Source: Methanobacterium sp. BRmetb2
GTDB taxonomy: Archaea > Methanobacteriota > Methanobacteria > Methanobacteriales > Methanobacteriaceae
Assembly: GCA_003491285.1 (NCBI GenBank)
Contig: CP022705.1
Coordinates: forward strand, 809,042-873,041
DNA length: 64,000 nt
Direction: 5' to 3'
Shown piece by piece: positions 45,287-55,704 of this stretch (position 1 is the first letter of the stretch; each line of letters starts with the position of its first letter). The position numbers and the translations under genes were made by a program. The notes beneath the pieces are model-generated. The model ran no database searches. It had not been told where the DNA came from and saw only the letters and a list, made by a program, of their open reading frames with translations.

Positions 45287-46051
45287 TTAATCAGAGATAT
45301 GCTCGGCTATAACAAGCATCTCATAATCTTCAGTGGTGAGTATATCCTTTCTGCTAAATTTTCCCAATTTACAGCTATATATATCAATTTTATGGAAATT
45401 TAAAGATTTAAGAAGCCAAGTAATCTCTGATGGAACATAATATCTTTCATTACAATTTAAAAACAGCTTCTGGCCCTGGTCATCTTCTATTTCTAACTGA
45501 TATACATCACGGAAAGTCATAAGATCAAATGTGTTTTCATGATTAATCTGGCTGGGAGAATTGGAATTAATGAAGTCCTTAACTGAATGAAACAGAGGAT
45601 ATAAACCATTAAGAGTGGTAAAAATTAGTTTCCCATTCTTTTTCAAGGCTTTTGCAGCGTTTTTTAGGATTTGAAAGTTCATCTCATCAGTTTCCATTAA
45701 TGGAAAGGCTCCCTCACAGATCATGATCACCAGATCAAATTCATTTTCAAATGGTAGTTGCCGGGCATCGGCAGCCATAAAATTAGCATCAAAGTTACAT
45801 TTTTTAGCTTTTTCTCTGGCTTTATTCAGCATAGACTCTGAAAGATCAATTCCAGTTATATCATAACCTCTTCTGGTTAATTCTATAGTATGACGTCCAG
45901 TACCACAACCAATATCCAGTATTTTGAGGCTTTTATCAAAATCTATCTCTTTTTCTATGAAATCAACTTCTCCAGTCGTTCCCTCAGTAAAAACTTCTTT
46001 ATCATATTTTTCTGCATAATTAGTAAAAAGTTCCTCGTACCATTGTTTCAT
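45287..46051 (-). CDS. Class I SAM-dependent methyltransferase
   Basis: LKILDIGCGTGRHTIEL is motif I. DLVIMICEGAF is the motif II region. Confidence 0.7.
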   Translation of the reverse strand: MKQWYEELFTNYAEKYDKEVFTEGTTGEVDFIEKEIDFDKSLKILDIGCGTGRHTIELTRRGYDITGIDLSESMLNKAREKAKKCNFDANFMAADARQLPFENEFDLVIMICEGAFPLMETDEMNFQILKNAAKALKKNGKLIFTTLNGLYPLFHSVKDFINSNSPSQINHENTFDLMTFRDVYQLEIEDDQGQKLFLNCNERYYVPSEITWLLKSLNFHKIDIYSCKLGKFSRKDILTTEDYEMLVIAEHISD

Positions 46052-46120
46052 GTTAAAACCTCATTATAATAATTTATAAAATTATGTTTAAACTCGCTTA
46101 AAAAATTATTAGACGTATTA

Positions 46121-48133
46121 TTATAATAATCTTCTGTATCGACTCAGTAAACCTGATTCTGACGCATTTTTCATATTTTCAGTAAGTAACTGCATATCAG
46201 ATATGATCCATTGTAAATACTGTACAGTATCATCTGAAATATGGCCTTCTAAATTAAGGGAAAGCTCCTTTTTTAAATGTTTTAAATCCTTTTCATCCAC
46301 ATATTCAAATTCAACATTTTCCCTTATACTTTCAACCATATTAGTCATGGTTTTTTGCACAAAATTTGATAATGGCGAAAGATCTGATCCCGAATACTTT
46401 TTTAATTCTAATTTTGAGGCGATTGCCGATACATTTGCTGTTAATGCATAATTAACTGCTGTTATGTTATTATATAATCCCACATCATCCGAAACGTCGA
46501 CAAAACTATCCTGAAGTTTTTTAATGGCAGATTCCAGGTTATTATGTTCCAGAAGGAAATTTTTTAAACTGGAAACAGTTTTATCATGATTATACTTATT
46601 CAAAGGCGATACAAAAACAGTTTTTATGTATTTACAGTTTGTTTCTAATGTTTTAGATAATTGCAACGGTAAATCTATTGTTACACGACTAGGAAATAGT
46701 GCATAAGCACATATCAGTGCAACCGTGGCCCCTATAAAAATGTCAACTAAACGGGCCAATCCATTTTCCATTACAGTTCCATAAGGCCATAAAAGTACTA
46801 TAAAAATAGTCATAGCCATGACTGATGGTCCTATATAATTGGGTAAAAAAGCCCTAAATAAAAATATCATCAAAAATGCCAGCCATACTAACAGGAAATG
46901 GGGAAATATAAAGCCCAAAATAATAGCAATGATTACTCCTACGAAATTGAAGGATACTCTTAAAAGCATATTATTAACTGTGCTTGTTACATCTGGTTTA
47001 AGAACTATTAAAATTCCCATTACAACCCATAATGCATCTCTATTTTTTGTAAAGTGTACAATTAAGAGTCCTATTGTCATTGCTATGGTGAAACGGATTG
47101 CATGACGCATATACATATTTTTAAGGTTAAAATTCGCCTGAAGGGTTTGTTTAAGAGAACTGGAGGTACTTGGTAACTTGAAATCAGGAGAAGTCATTTT
47201 ATCATTCTTTAAAAGGCGGTTGACACTGCTAAAAATAGTGCCTATACTATTTGCTACTGTATTTGCTGCATTTAAATCAGAATATCCTGTTGATTTACTT
47301 TTATCATTGATTTTTTTAAGTTCTAAACCAAATTCAGATAAATCAACCTGCTTATCCTTATCTACTATGTTTTTAACTATGTTATTGCCTGTTTTATCAG
47401 TTATTTCTAAGAATTTTTTGAAAACATTATTTGAATCTGATGATAACTTAGATATTACCATGTTACTGTATCCCCTGAAACCAGTATAATAAGTTCCAAG
47501 TCTCAGTAGCTGATACATATAAGGTTTTAGAGAGATTCCTTCTAGACTTTTCCGAATAACCATAGTTGATCTTAGTGAATTATGTGAACTAAATGTAGAA
47601 GCAACAAATTTCCGAATATCTTTATTTCTCTGTAAAAATTTAGGTATTAACAATATTGAAGCTACCAAATACCCGAAAACAGGATAACTAACCCATTCAA
47701 TAAGTGTTGATTGAGCGTGGAATAATACTGCTGCTAAGAAATAGATAGAAAAAAAGAGAAACCCAACAAATCCATCAGTTTCCCCAAAAATATAGATGGA
47801 TAATGTAAAAAATGACCACAAAATCGTGAAAAATATGAAAATAGGTAAAGATGTTGAAGATAAATAGACTGACAAAAATGCCAGAATAGTTATAAATGCT
47901 CCTAACAATCCTAAATAGAGAACTTTTTTAAAAGGCAACGGTAGATCCAATATCAACGATGCAAAGAGAGTAGTGATCATTATAACATTCACACCCACCC
48001 CTAAACCAAGATATTGTGCCAGAACTCCGGCAATTATCATTAAAATAATGGTTCGAATTGCTTGTTTCCATAAAATTCCGCCTTTAGGCCTGCTTAAAAT
48101 TTTTATTCTACCCAATAAACCTATTTTTTCCAT
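46121..48133 (-). CDS. Large FUSC/YccS-like integral membrane protein
   Basis: 670 aa with two hydrophobic blocks separated by a hydrophilic loop, as in the fusaric-acid-resistance-like family. Confidence 0.45.
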   Translation of the reverse strand: MEKIGLLGRIKILSRPKGGILWKQAIRTIILMIIAGVLAQYLGLGVGVNVIMITTLFASLILDLPLPFKKVLYLGLLGAFITILAFLSVYLSSTSLPIFIFFTILWSFFTLSIYIFGETDGFVGFLFFSIYFLAAVLFHAQSTLIEWVSYPVFGYLVASILLIPKFLQRNKDIRKFVASTFSSHNSLRSTMVIRKSLEGISLKPYMYQLLRLGTYYTGFRGYSNMVISKLSSDSNNVFKKFLEITDKTGNNIVKNIVDKDKQVDLSEFGLELKKINDKSKSTGYSDLNAANTVANSIGTIFSSVNRLLKNDKMTSPDFKLPSTSSSLKQTLQANFNLKNMYMRHAIRFTIAMTIGLLIVHFTKNRDALWVVMGILIVLKPDVTSTVNNMLLRVSFNFVGVIIAIILGFIFPHFLLVWLAFLMIFLFRAFLPNYIGPSVMAMTIFIVLLWPYGTVMENGLARLVDIFIGATVALICAYALFPSRVTIDLPLQLSKTLETNCKYIKTVFVSPLNKYNHDKTVSSLKNFLLEHNNLESAIKKLQDSFVDVSDDVGLYNNITAVNYALTANVSAIASKLELKKYSGSDLSPLSNFVQKTMTNMVESIRENVEFEYVDEKDLKHLKKELSLNLEGHISDDTVQYLQWIISDMQLLTENMKNASESGLLSRYRRLL

Positions 48134-48192
48134 ATTTAACCTCTGAAAAACTATTTTAAATCTAAAAAAGAAATGAAAATATTTAAAATATA

Positions 48193-49350
48193 TTATTCAT
48201 AGCGTAGTGCTTCTGTTGGTGGCAACTGACTTGCACGGTAAGCAGGGTAAAATCCTCCAATTAAACCTACTACTAAAGCCACTACAAATGCTCTTAAAAA
48301 TACAGATGGTGTGTAAACCGGCTTGATAAATCCGCCCATTCCAATTGCCATAAGAACCTGAATAGCCAGTACCCCCATAATTGTACCAACTAAACCAGCA
48401 ACCAATGTCAAAACCAAAGATTCTCCCAGTATCATACCCAGAATTCTCCTATTTTTCCATCCCACAGCTTTTAAAACTCCTATCTCTCTAGTACGCTCAA
48501 ATACGGACATTATCATGGTATTTATAACACCTATACCTCCGATTACGATAGCCAAAAGAGATATAGCCCATGAAGCAGTATCTATGGTATCTAAACCCTG
48601 ATTAACACTCTGTAAATCTTCTAATGAAGCTATGGTAGTAAGATCATTCCCATACTTATCTTCAATAGATTTGGTAACCTGATCAACGTTGGCATTATTA
48701 TCAATCTTTACATAAATCATGGTCACCTTACCCTCCTTCTCCTCAATTTTTTGAAGATTGTCCATGGAAATAAATGCTCCTCCATCTTGCTGAAGATCTC
48801 CAGTTTGAAATATCCCTGTTATTTTATATTCTTCATCTTTTAGAGTTATAGTATCTCCAACTGTTTTATTCAATTTTTCTGAAGCTACTTTCCCGATTAT
48901 AATCTCTTTAACATCTCCCCCTGAGAAAGCTTTGCCTTGTGTGATTTTAATTCCACTTAGTGATAATTTAGCAGGATCTATACCTATCAACACAAAATAG
49001 GGATTATCTCCTAACCGTTGAACGGCAAGCAGAACCCCGACACTATCATTTACTCCATCAATATTATTAATTTTGTCTACGAACCCCTCATCTATTTTGC
49101 TTAAGAACATGTCTGATACGTTGCTCTCAACTACCGTAAAATCAGCATCTCCTGCCTTAAGAGTTTCTTCTGTAGAAGCTTTAAGGCCATCGGTAATTAT
49201 TCCCAATGCCACAATCGTAGCGATACCTATGGCAATGCCCATAACTGCTAAAGCCGTTCTTGTCTTGTTTCTGAATGGATTTTTCATTACCAGACTTAAA
49301 AATGACATTTTTTTCTCTCCCCATTCTAATTCAAATGGAATACTATGCAA
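48193..49350 (-). CDS. ABC transporter permease, FtsX/MacB-like (no adjacent ATPase)
   Basis: N-terminal TM helix, a large extracytoplasmic domain and a C-terminal FtsX-like 3-TM bundle. It is a paralog of 52295-53347. Confidence 0.7.
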   Translation of the reverse strand: MHSIPFELEWGEKKMSFLSLVMKNPFRNKTRTALAVMGIAIGIATIVALGIITDGLKASTEETLKAGDADFTVVESNVSDMFLSKIDEGFVDKINNIDGVNDSVGVLLAVQRLGDNPYFVLIGIDPAKLSLSGIKITQGKAFSGGDVKEIIIGKVASEKLNKTVGDTITLKDEEYKITGIFQTGDLQQDGGAFISMDNLQKIEEKEGKVTMIYVKIDNNANVDQVTKSIEDKYGNDLTTIASLEDLQSVNQGLDTIDTASWAISLLAIVIGGIGVINTMIMSVFERTREIGVLKAVGWKNRRILGMILGESLVLTLVAGLVGTIMGVLAIQVLMAIGMGGFIKPVYTPSVFLRAFVVALVVGLIGGFYPAYRASQLPPTEALRYE

Positions 49351-49510
49351 CTACATAAATTATGATATGAAATGGATTTCTTTAGAAATCTAAATAGGTT
49401 AAAGATGATTAATACTCTAACCTAATCATCATAAACTTATCTTCAATTATATCTTATAAAATTTAAATAATATATTAAATATGACATAAATTAAGTTGGA
49501 GGGGGACTTA

Positions 49511-50192
49511 AAATAACGGAAAACTACCATATTGACTTAAAAAAATACTCTCTTAATGAGTTTAAGAAAGAATTAGAGCAAGGCAATTTACTTCCAAGCC
49601 GAAAGATACTAAAAGAAGGAATAAATGAGAAATTTCATGTCTTAAAAGAGGAAGGCATCCAAAATCTTCATGACCTCTCTATTAAATTGAAAACCCCCAA
49701 TAAAGCTAAAAAATTCGCTGCTCAGTCTGGTTTGCCTGAGGATTATGTTTTGATTTTAAGAAGAGAAGTTTACAGTTACCTGCCAAAACCTGTAAATCTG
49801 GATAAATTTCCAGGAATAAAAAAGAACCTATTGATAAACTAAATAATATAGGAATTAAAAACACTCTTCATTTGTTTAATAGAGTTAAAACTCCAGATGA
49901 TCGGAATGAAGTGGCAAGTGAGACTGGTTTAAGCAATGATGAAATCATGAGATTAACTAAATTTTGTGATTTATCACGGGTTAAATGGATGGGGCCTATT
50001 TTTGCTCGGCTTTTTTTAGAATCAAAAGCAGATACTGTGGAAAAACTTTCCGAATCGAATCCTGAAATTCTATATGAAAAATTAGTTGAAATCAACAATA
50101 GCAAAGGTTATACTAAAGCCAAATTTGTTGAAAATGATGTTAGATTGTGTGTTAATATTGCTAAAATGGTTCCTAATGTTATAAAATATTAA
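49511..50192 (+). pseudogene. DUF4332-like (tandem helix-hairpin-helix) protein, frameshifted at an A6 run and lacking a canonical start
   Basis: Frame 1 gives ITENYHIDLKKYSLNEFKKELEQGNLLPSRK...GIKKNLLIN*. It continues in frame +1 as KEPIDKLNNIGIKNTLHLFNRVKTPDD... (track ORF 49872-50192). One extra A in ggaataaaaaag restores the frame. The first codon is ATA. Confidence 0.45.
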
Positions 50193-50236
50193 ATATAAAT
50201 ATTAAAAATTTATTATCTCTATTTTAGGATGTAACA

Positions 50237-51262
50237 ATGACAAATTGGATATCTAAATTCAATTATAATCCTATTAAACCACTTCTTGAATCAAAAAATA
50301 ATGCAGTTATCTATTTTACTAAAGAGTTATTAGAAAAGCCAGTTAAAGACATAGATTACATTTGGAATTTACCAGAAGTCCAGGAAATGCTAAAAAACCA
50401 GGCCAAAAATGGTTCATGGCCATCAAAAACAAAAAAAAATGAGAAACATGGAGTCAAATATCCATTAATTGAAACCTGGAAACAGTTAAGATTTTTAATT
50501 CAACAATATAATATGAACAAAACACATCCCTCAATTGAAAAAGCCGCTGAATACATATTTTCTTGTCAAAGCATAGAAGGGGATATAAGGGGTATTTTAG
50601 CTAATCAATATGCTCCTTATTATACCGGAGCTATAATGTACTTGTTAATAAAAGCAGGTTATGACGACGACCCTCGGATAAAAAAAGGATTTAAATGGCT
50701 TATAAAAATGCGACAAGATGATGGAGGTTGGGTTATTGGAAGTCCGGGGATGATTGGTGTTAAACTATCAAGGCAAGAATCCAATGATTTGACTTCAAAT
50801 ATAAATAGAAAAACTATGCAAGCTTTTGATAAATCTAAACCCTTTTCTGCTGCAGGTACTGGAATGGTAATAAGAGCTTTTGCAGTTCATCCGTCTTATC
50901 GAAGGTCCAAATATGCATTAAAAGCGGCTGAACTTCTAAAATCAAAATTTTTTAAAAAAGATAACTGGACATCATATCAACATCCTGATAATTGGGTTAG
51001 ATTCCAATATCCATTTTGGTGGACAAACATAATCTCTGCATTGGATTCTATCTCTTTGATTGGTCTCCCTCATGAAGATGATGATATTAAAAATGTTTTA
51101 AAATGGCTTATAAAAAAGCAACAAAAGGACGGGCTGTGGAATGTGTCCTATTCACAGATCCATAAAACTCCGGATATCCAGAAAACTTTTGAAATGAGAT
51201 TATGGATTAGTTTAGCAGTTTGCAGGATTTTTAAAAGATTTTTTAACAATGGAAATATTTAA
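50237..51262 (+). CDS. Prenyltransferase / squalene-oxidase-repeat-like (alpha-alpha toroid) protein
   Basis: Repeated aromatic-rich motifs (QxxDGGW-like: RQDDGGWVIGSPG, QQKDGLWNVSY). 341 aa. Confidence 0.45.
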   Translation: MTNWISKFNYNPIKPLLESKNNAVIYFTKELLEKPVKDIDYIWNLPEVQEMLKNQAKNGSWPSKTKKNEKHGVKYPLIETWKQLRFLIQQYNMNKTHPSIEKAAEYIFSCQSIEGDIRGILANQYAPYYTGAIMYLLIKAGYDDDPRIKKGFKWLIKMRQDDGGWVIGSPGMIGVKLSRQESNDLTSNINRKTMQAFDKSKPFSAAGTGMVIRAFAVHPSYRRSKYALKAAELLKSKFFKKDNWTSYQHPDNWVRFQYPFWWTNIISALDSISLIGLPHEDDDIKNVLKWLIKKQQKDGLWNVSYSQIHKTPDIQKTFEMRLWISLAVCRIFKRFFNNGNI

Positions 51263-51633
51263 TTTATGAGGTTAAATATGATACGCAAAGCTAATAAAAA
51301 AAGATATGGATGAAATTGTGGATCTAAAAAGAAAAATAAGTTTAACTAATGGACAACATGCTTGAATAAGGCATTCCAATACTAGAGTGTATACAATAAA
51401 TACATCGTAAACTTATAATTCCTTTGGAGTTAACATTTCTAATTATTATGCAGCCTTTGTGATTTCCATTATTATTGTCTGAATGAATAACTATTTAGAT
51501 AATACTTTTACCTAGAGAATCGTGTTTAAATAATGATTAATATCATTATAGGAGGCGGTGATTCCCTAATTCAAAAAATTACCCACCCGCCCAGCATGAT
51601 CTAAATAGTTATCATGATTCTGATATTCATTTT

Positions 51634-52302
51634 TTATTCCACACTATTTACAATCTCTCCATCCCTCATCTGGATAGTTTGATCTGCAAAACTTGCTAAC
51701 TTAGGGTTGTGAGTAACTACAACTATACTTACCCCATCATTTTGATTTAGATCCTTAAGCAGTTGCATTATAGAATTTGCATTTTTTGTATCCAACTCTC
51801 CTGTTGGCTCATCAGCGAGTATAATAGACGGATTGTTGATAAGAGCTCGAGCTATTGCAACACGCTGTTGTTCTCCTCCTGAAAGCTGTCCTGGACGTTT
51901 GTTGTATTTACTTTCCAATCCCATTTTTTCCAATATTTCTTCTGCTTTTTTGAAATCTTCTTTGATCATAGGTAACATAACATTCTCAATGGCAGAAAGC
52001 TGTGAAATAAGATTGAGTCGCTGAAATATAAATCCAATTTCGTTCCTTCGAAGCTTTGCTTGCTCTTTTACGGGAAGTTTACTGGTTTCTTTTCCATTTA
52101 GTTTAAATGTTCCTTTGGTAGGCATATCCAGAATCCCTGCCACGTGCAGGAAAGTGGATTTTCCAGATCCAGAAGGTCCCATAACTGCTGTGAATGAACC
52201 ATCATCCAAAGTTAAATTTAAACCTGCTAATGCATTTATTTCTTCGCCGCCCATATTGTAAGTCTTCCATACATTATTAAACTCAATTAAATGATTAGTC
52301 AT
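51634..52302 (-). CDS. ABC transporter ATP-binding protein (MacB/LolD-type)
   Basis: Walker [10 protein letters not shown], signature [15 protein letters not shown], Walker [12 protein letters not shown]. Confidence 0.85.
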   Translation of the reverse strand: MTNHLIEFNNVWKTYNMGGEEINALAGLNLTLDDGSFTAVMGPSGSGKSTFLHVAGILDMPTKGTFKLNGKETSKLPVKEQAKLRRNEIGFIFQRLNLISQLSAIENVMLPMIKEDFKKAEEILEKMGLESKYNKRPGQLSGGEQQRVAIARALINNPSIILADEPTGELDTKNANSIMQLLKDLNQNDGVSIVVVTHNPKLASFADQTIQMRDGEIVNSVE

Positions 52303-53347
52303 CTCTCAAAGCCTCCACAACATTCAATTTTGAAGCACGCATCGCAGGATAGAGTCCTGCAATGATACTTAAAAATGTAGCACCAGCAATAACACCCCCA
52401 ATTAACCATAACGGCATCATTTCCGGTATGTATTCAGTAAAATTCAACACATTTGCAACTACTATAATGCCCAAAATACCTAGAATAACTCCTATAACTG
52501 ATCCTAAAAGTCCTAAAAGGCCAGATTCAAATAGTATACTTCCTTTTATTTCCCAGTTTGTAAATCCAATCGCTTTTAATACCCCCAATTCTCTTGTTCT
52601 TTCCATAACGCTCATTAACATGGTATTTATCACACTTATGATTCCTACTAAAAGAGCTATGCTGGCAATAAATCCTATAAAAAGTAGAGCCTGATTAGTC
52701 ATTTCTTGAACCCGGATTATCTCTTCCGATTTAGTTCCCACGGAAATACCATCTATATCTTTTTCAAGTTCATCAGCAGTAGTTTCTGGGTCTCCCTTTG
52801 TCCTAGCGTAGATTACACTCACTTTATCATTTGTGATTTGCTTTGCAACATCCTGACTTATGTAGACATATGAAACTTGTTCTTCTTTAGATATTCCAGT
52901 GACAACTAATTCATAATTTTCGACATTTATTTTGCTGCCAATGTCATAACCCAACTTATCCACAACACCCTGAGTTATTACAACTTTCGGCGTACCTTTC
53001 TTCAATGTAATCTGTTTCCAGTCATTTATTCCTTCAAAATTTATCCTCTTTCCTTTTATATTCTCCGAAAAAAAAGTTACTTCACGAAAATCAGAAAGCT
53101 CAGGTGTGTTTTTTATTTTCGATATGGTTTCAGAATCAATTAAACTATTTCCACTGGTGGATGCTGGCGCTATTGTTACATCGTACATATATCTACTTGT
53201 TTCATTTTTAACTGCAGATGTTGCTCCTGCAGTTATTCCTAAAAGTACGACAATTGTTGCAACACCAATTATTATACCAAGCATCGTTAATGCACTTCTA
53301 AGTTTTTTTCTACGAATATTATTAAATGCCAATTTATAAAGATCCAT
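52295..53347 (-). CDS. ABC transporter permease (FtsX-like)
   Basis: Topology as for 48193-49350. Overlaps the ATPase gene by 8 nt. Confidence 0.75.
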   Translation of the reverse strand: MDLYKLAFNNIRRKKLRSALTMLGIIIGVATIVVLLGITAGATSAVKNETSRYMYDVTIAPASTSGNSLIDSETISKIKNTPELSDFREVTFFSENIKGKRINFEGINDWKQITLKKGTPKVVITQGVVDKLGYDIGSKINVENYELVVTGISKEEQVSYVYISQDVAKQITNDKVSVIYARTKGDPETTADELEKDIDGISVGTKSEEIIRVQEMTNQALLFIGFIASIALLVGIISVINTMLMSVMERTRELGVLKAIGFTNWEIKGSILFESGLLGLLGSVIGVILGILGIIVVANVLNFTEYIPEMMPLWLIGGVIAGATFLSIIAGLYPAMRASKLNVVEALRDD

Positions 53348-53793
53348 TATTTCACCTCAAATAAACTATAAATAGTTCTATACTTCTAAATAAAAAAATG
53401 AAATTAATATTTGCCTTAAAATTATTTATAACTTTTTTATACATATTTACACTGGTTTTGAATAAGACAAGAAGTTTTAACATCACTTTTTTAGATTAGG
53501 TATTCATAGTGATCACATGTTTTTACAAGGTACCATTTAATGCAAGGTACTATTTATAGTTTTTGAATGTCGGATGTTAAAAAGTTGAAAAAACTAGGAT
53601 TACCTTTTTACAAAAAATATCATTAGTAATCTGACTTATCTGAATATGTAAATATGAAAAGTCTATGAAAGGTCAGCAAAACCTGTTCATATTGCTTCAT
53701 TGGCCCTGAAACTTATACAATAAAAAAAATATGTAACAAAAAATAAATTTGTAATTATATCCAAAATAAATTTTTAATGGAAGCATTCACTTA

Positions 53794-54405
53794 TTAAAGT
53801 TCATTTGTTTGCTTTTTTATAAACCTCAAATTAAATTTTAAGTACCTGATTGCTAAGTTATAGAACCATTTAATTATGAATGCCATAATTCCTACAATAA
53901 CAATGCCTCCTACTCCTAGAATGATGCCCCATACAATTGTAACCACCGTACTAAAAGTTCCATCAGCAGCAAATGGAAATGTTCTATAAAAAGTTTCATT
54001 TGGAATAAGTATTTGTAGCAAAGGTGAAAGCGCCGTTAAAATCCCAACAACAATTATAGCTACACCTGCTACAAATAAAGCCAGTATAATAAGTGAAAGT
54101 ACTAAAGCAGGTACCGCTACAAATATCAGATTAAAAAAACCAAGTCCTGATATTGACAGTGCTGCTTTGATTATAGAGCCCAGTGATGGTTTATTTTCGG
54201 CCAGATTAACCATATACTCTGCTTTAATCTGTTTTACAATCGTTTTTGGATCCCCTAATGCTTTTGAAATTTCTTCTTCAGTTCTGCCTTTTTCTATACC
54301 AATCCTAAAATGTTCTTCATAATCTGAAAGTATATCTTCTCTATCCTCTTTTGGCAATTTTTTTAACATTATAGAGAGTTTTTTAAGATATTCATCCTTA
54401 TTCAT
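53794..54405 (-). CDS. DUF1700-like membrane protein (PadR-associated sensor/anchor)
   Basis: MNKDEYLKKLSIMLKKLPKEDREDILSDYEEHFRIGIEKGRTEEEI N-terminus, then TM helices. Typical partner of PadR regulators. Confidence 0.55.
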   Translation of the reverse strand: MNKDEYLKKLSIMLKKLPKEDREDILSDYEEHFRIGIEKGRTEEEISKALGDPKTIVKQIKAEYMVNLAENKPSLGSIIKAALSISGLGFFNLIFVAVPALVLSLIILALFVAGVAIIVVGILTALSPLLQILIPNETFYRTFPFAADGTFSTVVTIVWGIILGVGGIVIVGIMAFIIKWFYNLAIRYLKFNLRFIKKQTNEL

Positions 54406-54422
54406 CCTTAATCTCCTCTAAA

Positions 54423-54743
54423 CTAATCCTCGATTTTGGAATATAATAAATTAGTAACACCCACAGAAAATTTATCCCATTCTTCTACTAATTCTTTCTT
54501 TTTTTCTTTTCCCAAATCAGTAATACGATAATATTTTCTTGAAGGACCACTATGGGATTCTTTTAAGTATGAAATCACCAATCCTTCTTTTTTTAGTCTT
54601 TTTAGAAGGGGATAGATACTGCCCTCTGAAATTAATATATTTTTGGAGATTTCATCAACCATTTCATAACCATAACAGTCTTTTCTATCAAGAAGTACTA
54701 AAACACAAAGTTCCAATACTCCTTTTTTAAATTGAGTGTTCAT
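54423..54743 (-). CDS. PadR-family transcriptional regulator
   Basis: [34 protein letters not shown] is the PadR winged-helix signature. Confidence 0.8.
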   Translation of the reverse strand: MNTQFKKGVLELCVLVLLDRKDCYGYEMVDEISKNILISEGSIYPLLKRLKKEGLVISYLKESHSGPSRKYYRITDLGKEKKKELVEEWDKFSVGVTNLLYSKIED

Positions 54744-55075
54744 AATACCACTGTATTTTTACAAGGTATTGTATATTATAGGGTACTATTTAAATTTTAG
54801 AAAAGTAAAATAAAAGGCATAATCTACATTCAGGATTTGCCGAAGATCCAGTAAAACATTTAAAAAGCAGTGCACATATATTTCATGATTTCTAAAAAAA
54901 TTATGAAAATTCTGGAGTAAAATATTCATTAATCAAAGCATAGCAAAGAGTTACGATTTTAATCTAACAATATAATAATAATATATATCTCCTCAAAATG
55001 AGATTATGGATTAATTTAGCAGTATGTAACATTTTTAAGAAATTTGATGAACATACACTTTCATCAGATTATCAG

Positions 55076-55546
55076 ATGGAAACTATGATACGCAAAGCTA
55101 ATAAAAAAGATATGGATGCAATTGTGGGTCTATGGGAAGAAATGATGAAATTTCATGTCAAGTTAAGTAATTTGTACGAATTAAAAACTAATGCAAAAGA
55201 AACCTATCACGAATATCTTAACGAGATTCTTAAAAACGATGCAGCTATAATATTAGTCTATGAAATGGAAAATAGGCTATGTGGCTATTTAATAGCAGAA
55301 GAATCCGAACTTCCACCAGTTTATAAACAAACAAGAATAGGTTCCATACTGGAAATATCAGTAACCGAAAAGCATCAAAATAAGGATATAGGAAGCCAAT
55401 TGTTAAAAGAAATCGAAAAAATATTCATAAGTAAAGGCATTGATAGAATGGAATGCATGGTGTCATGTTTTAATGAAATATCTAAGAAATTTTGGTTTAA
55501 AAACGGTTTTAAAACATATAATACGGTTTGTTTTAAGAATATTTAA
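55076..55546 (+). CDS. GNAT-family N-acetyltransferase
   Basis: Acetyl-CoA binding region (QNKDIGSQLLKEIEKIFISKGI). The start is placed at METMIRK. The 26 upstream codons of the track ORF are a relic copy of the 3' end of gene 50237-51262. Confidence 0.65.
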   Translation: METMIRKANKKDMDAIVGLWEEMMKFHVKLSNLYELKTNAKETYHEYLNEILKNDAAIILVYEMENRLCGYLIAEESELPPVYKQTRIGSILEISVTEKHQNKDIGSQLLKEIEKIFISKGIDRMECMVSCFNEISKKFWFKNGFKTYNTVCFKNI

Positions 55547-55704
55547 TAAATAATATTCTTTATGTATAATGGAGTTATTTTAATTACTTGAAGTTAATTC
55601 AATGCTTTTTGTAACTTTTAAATTTTAGATCATACAGTTGAAATTGATGGAAATATCATTATGAAATTATTATTTAACAATTTATATTAGATTCATATTA
55701 TAAA

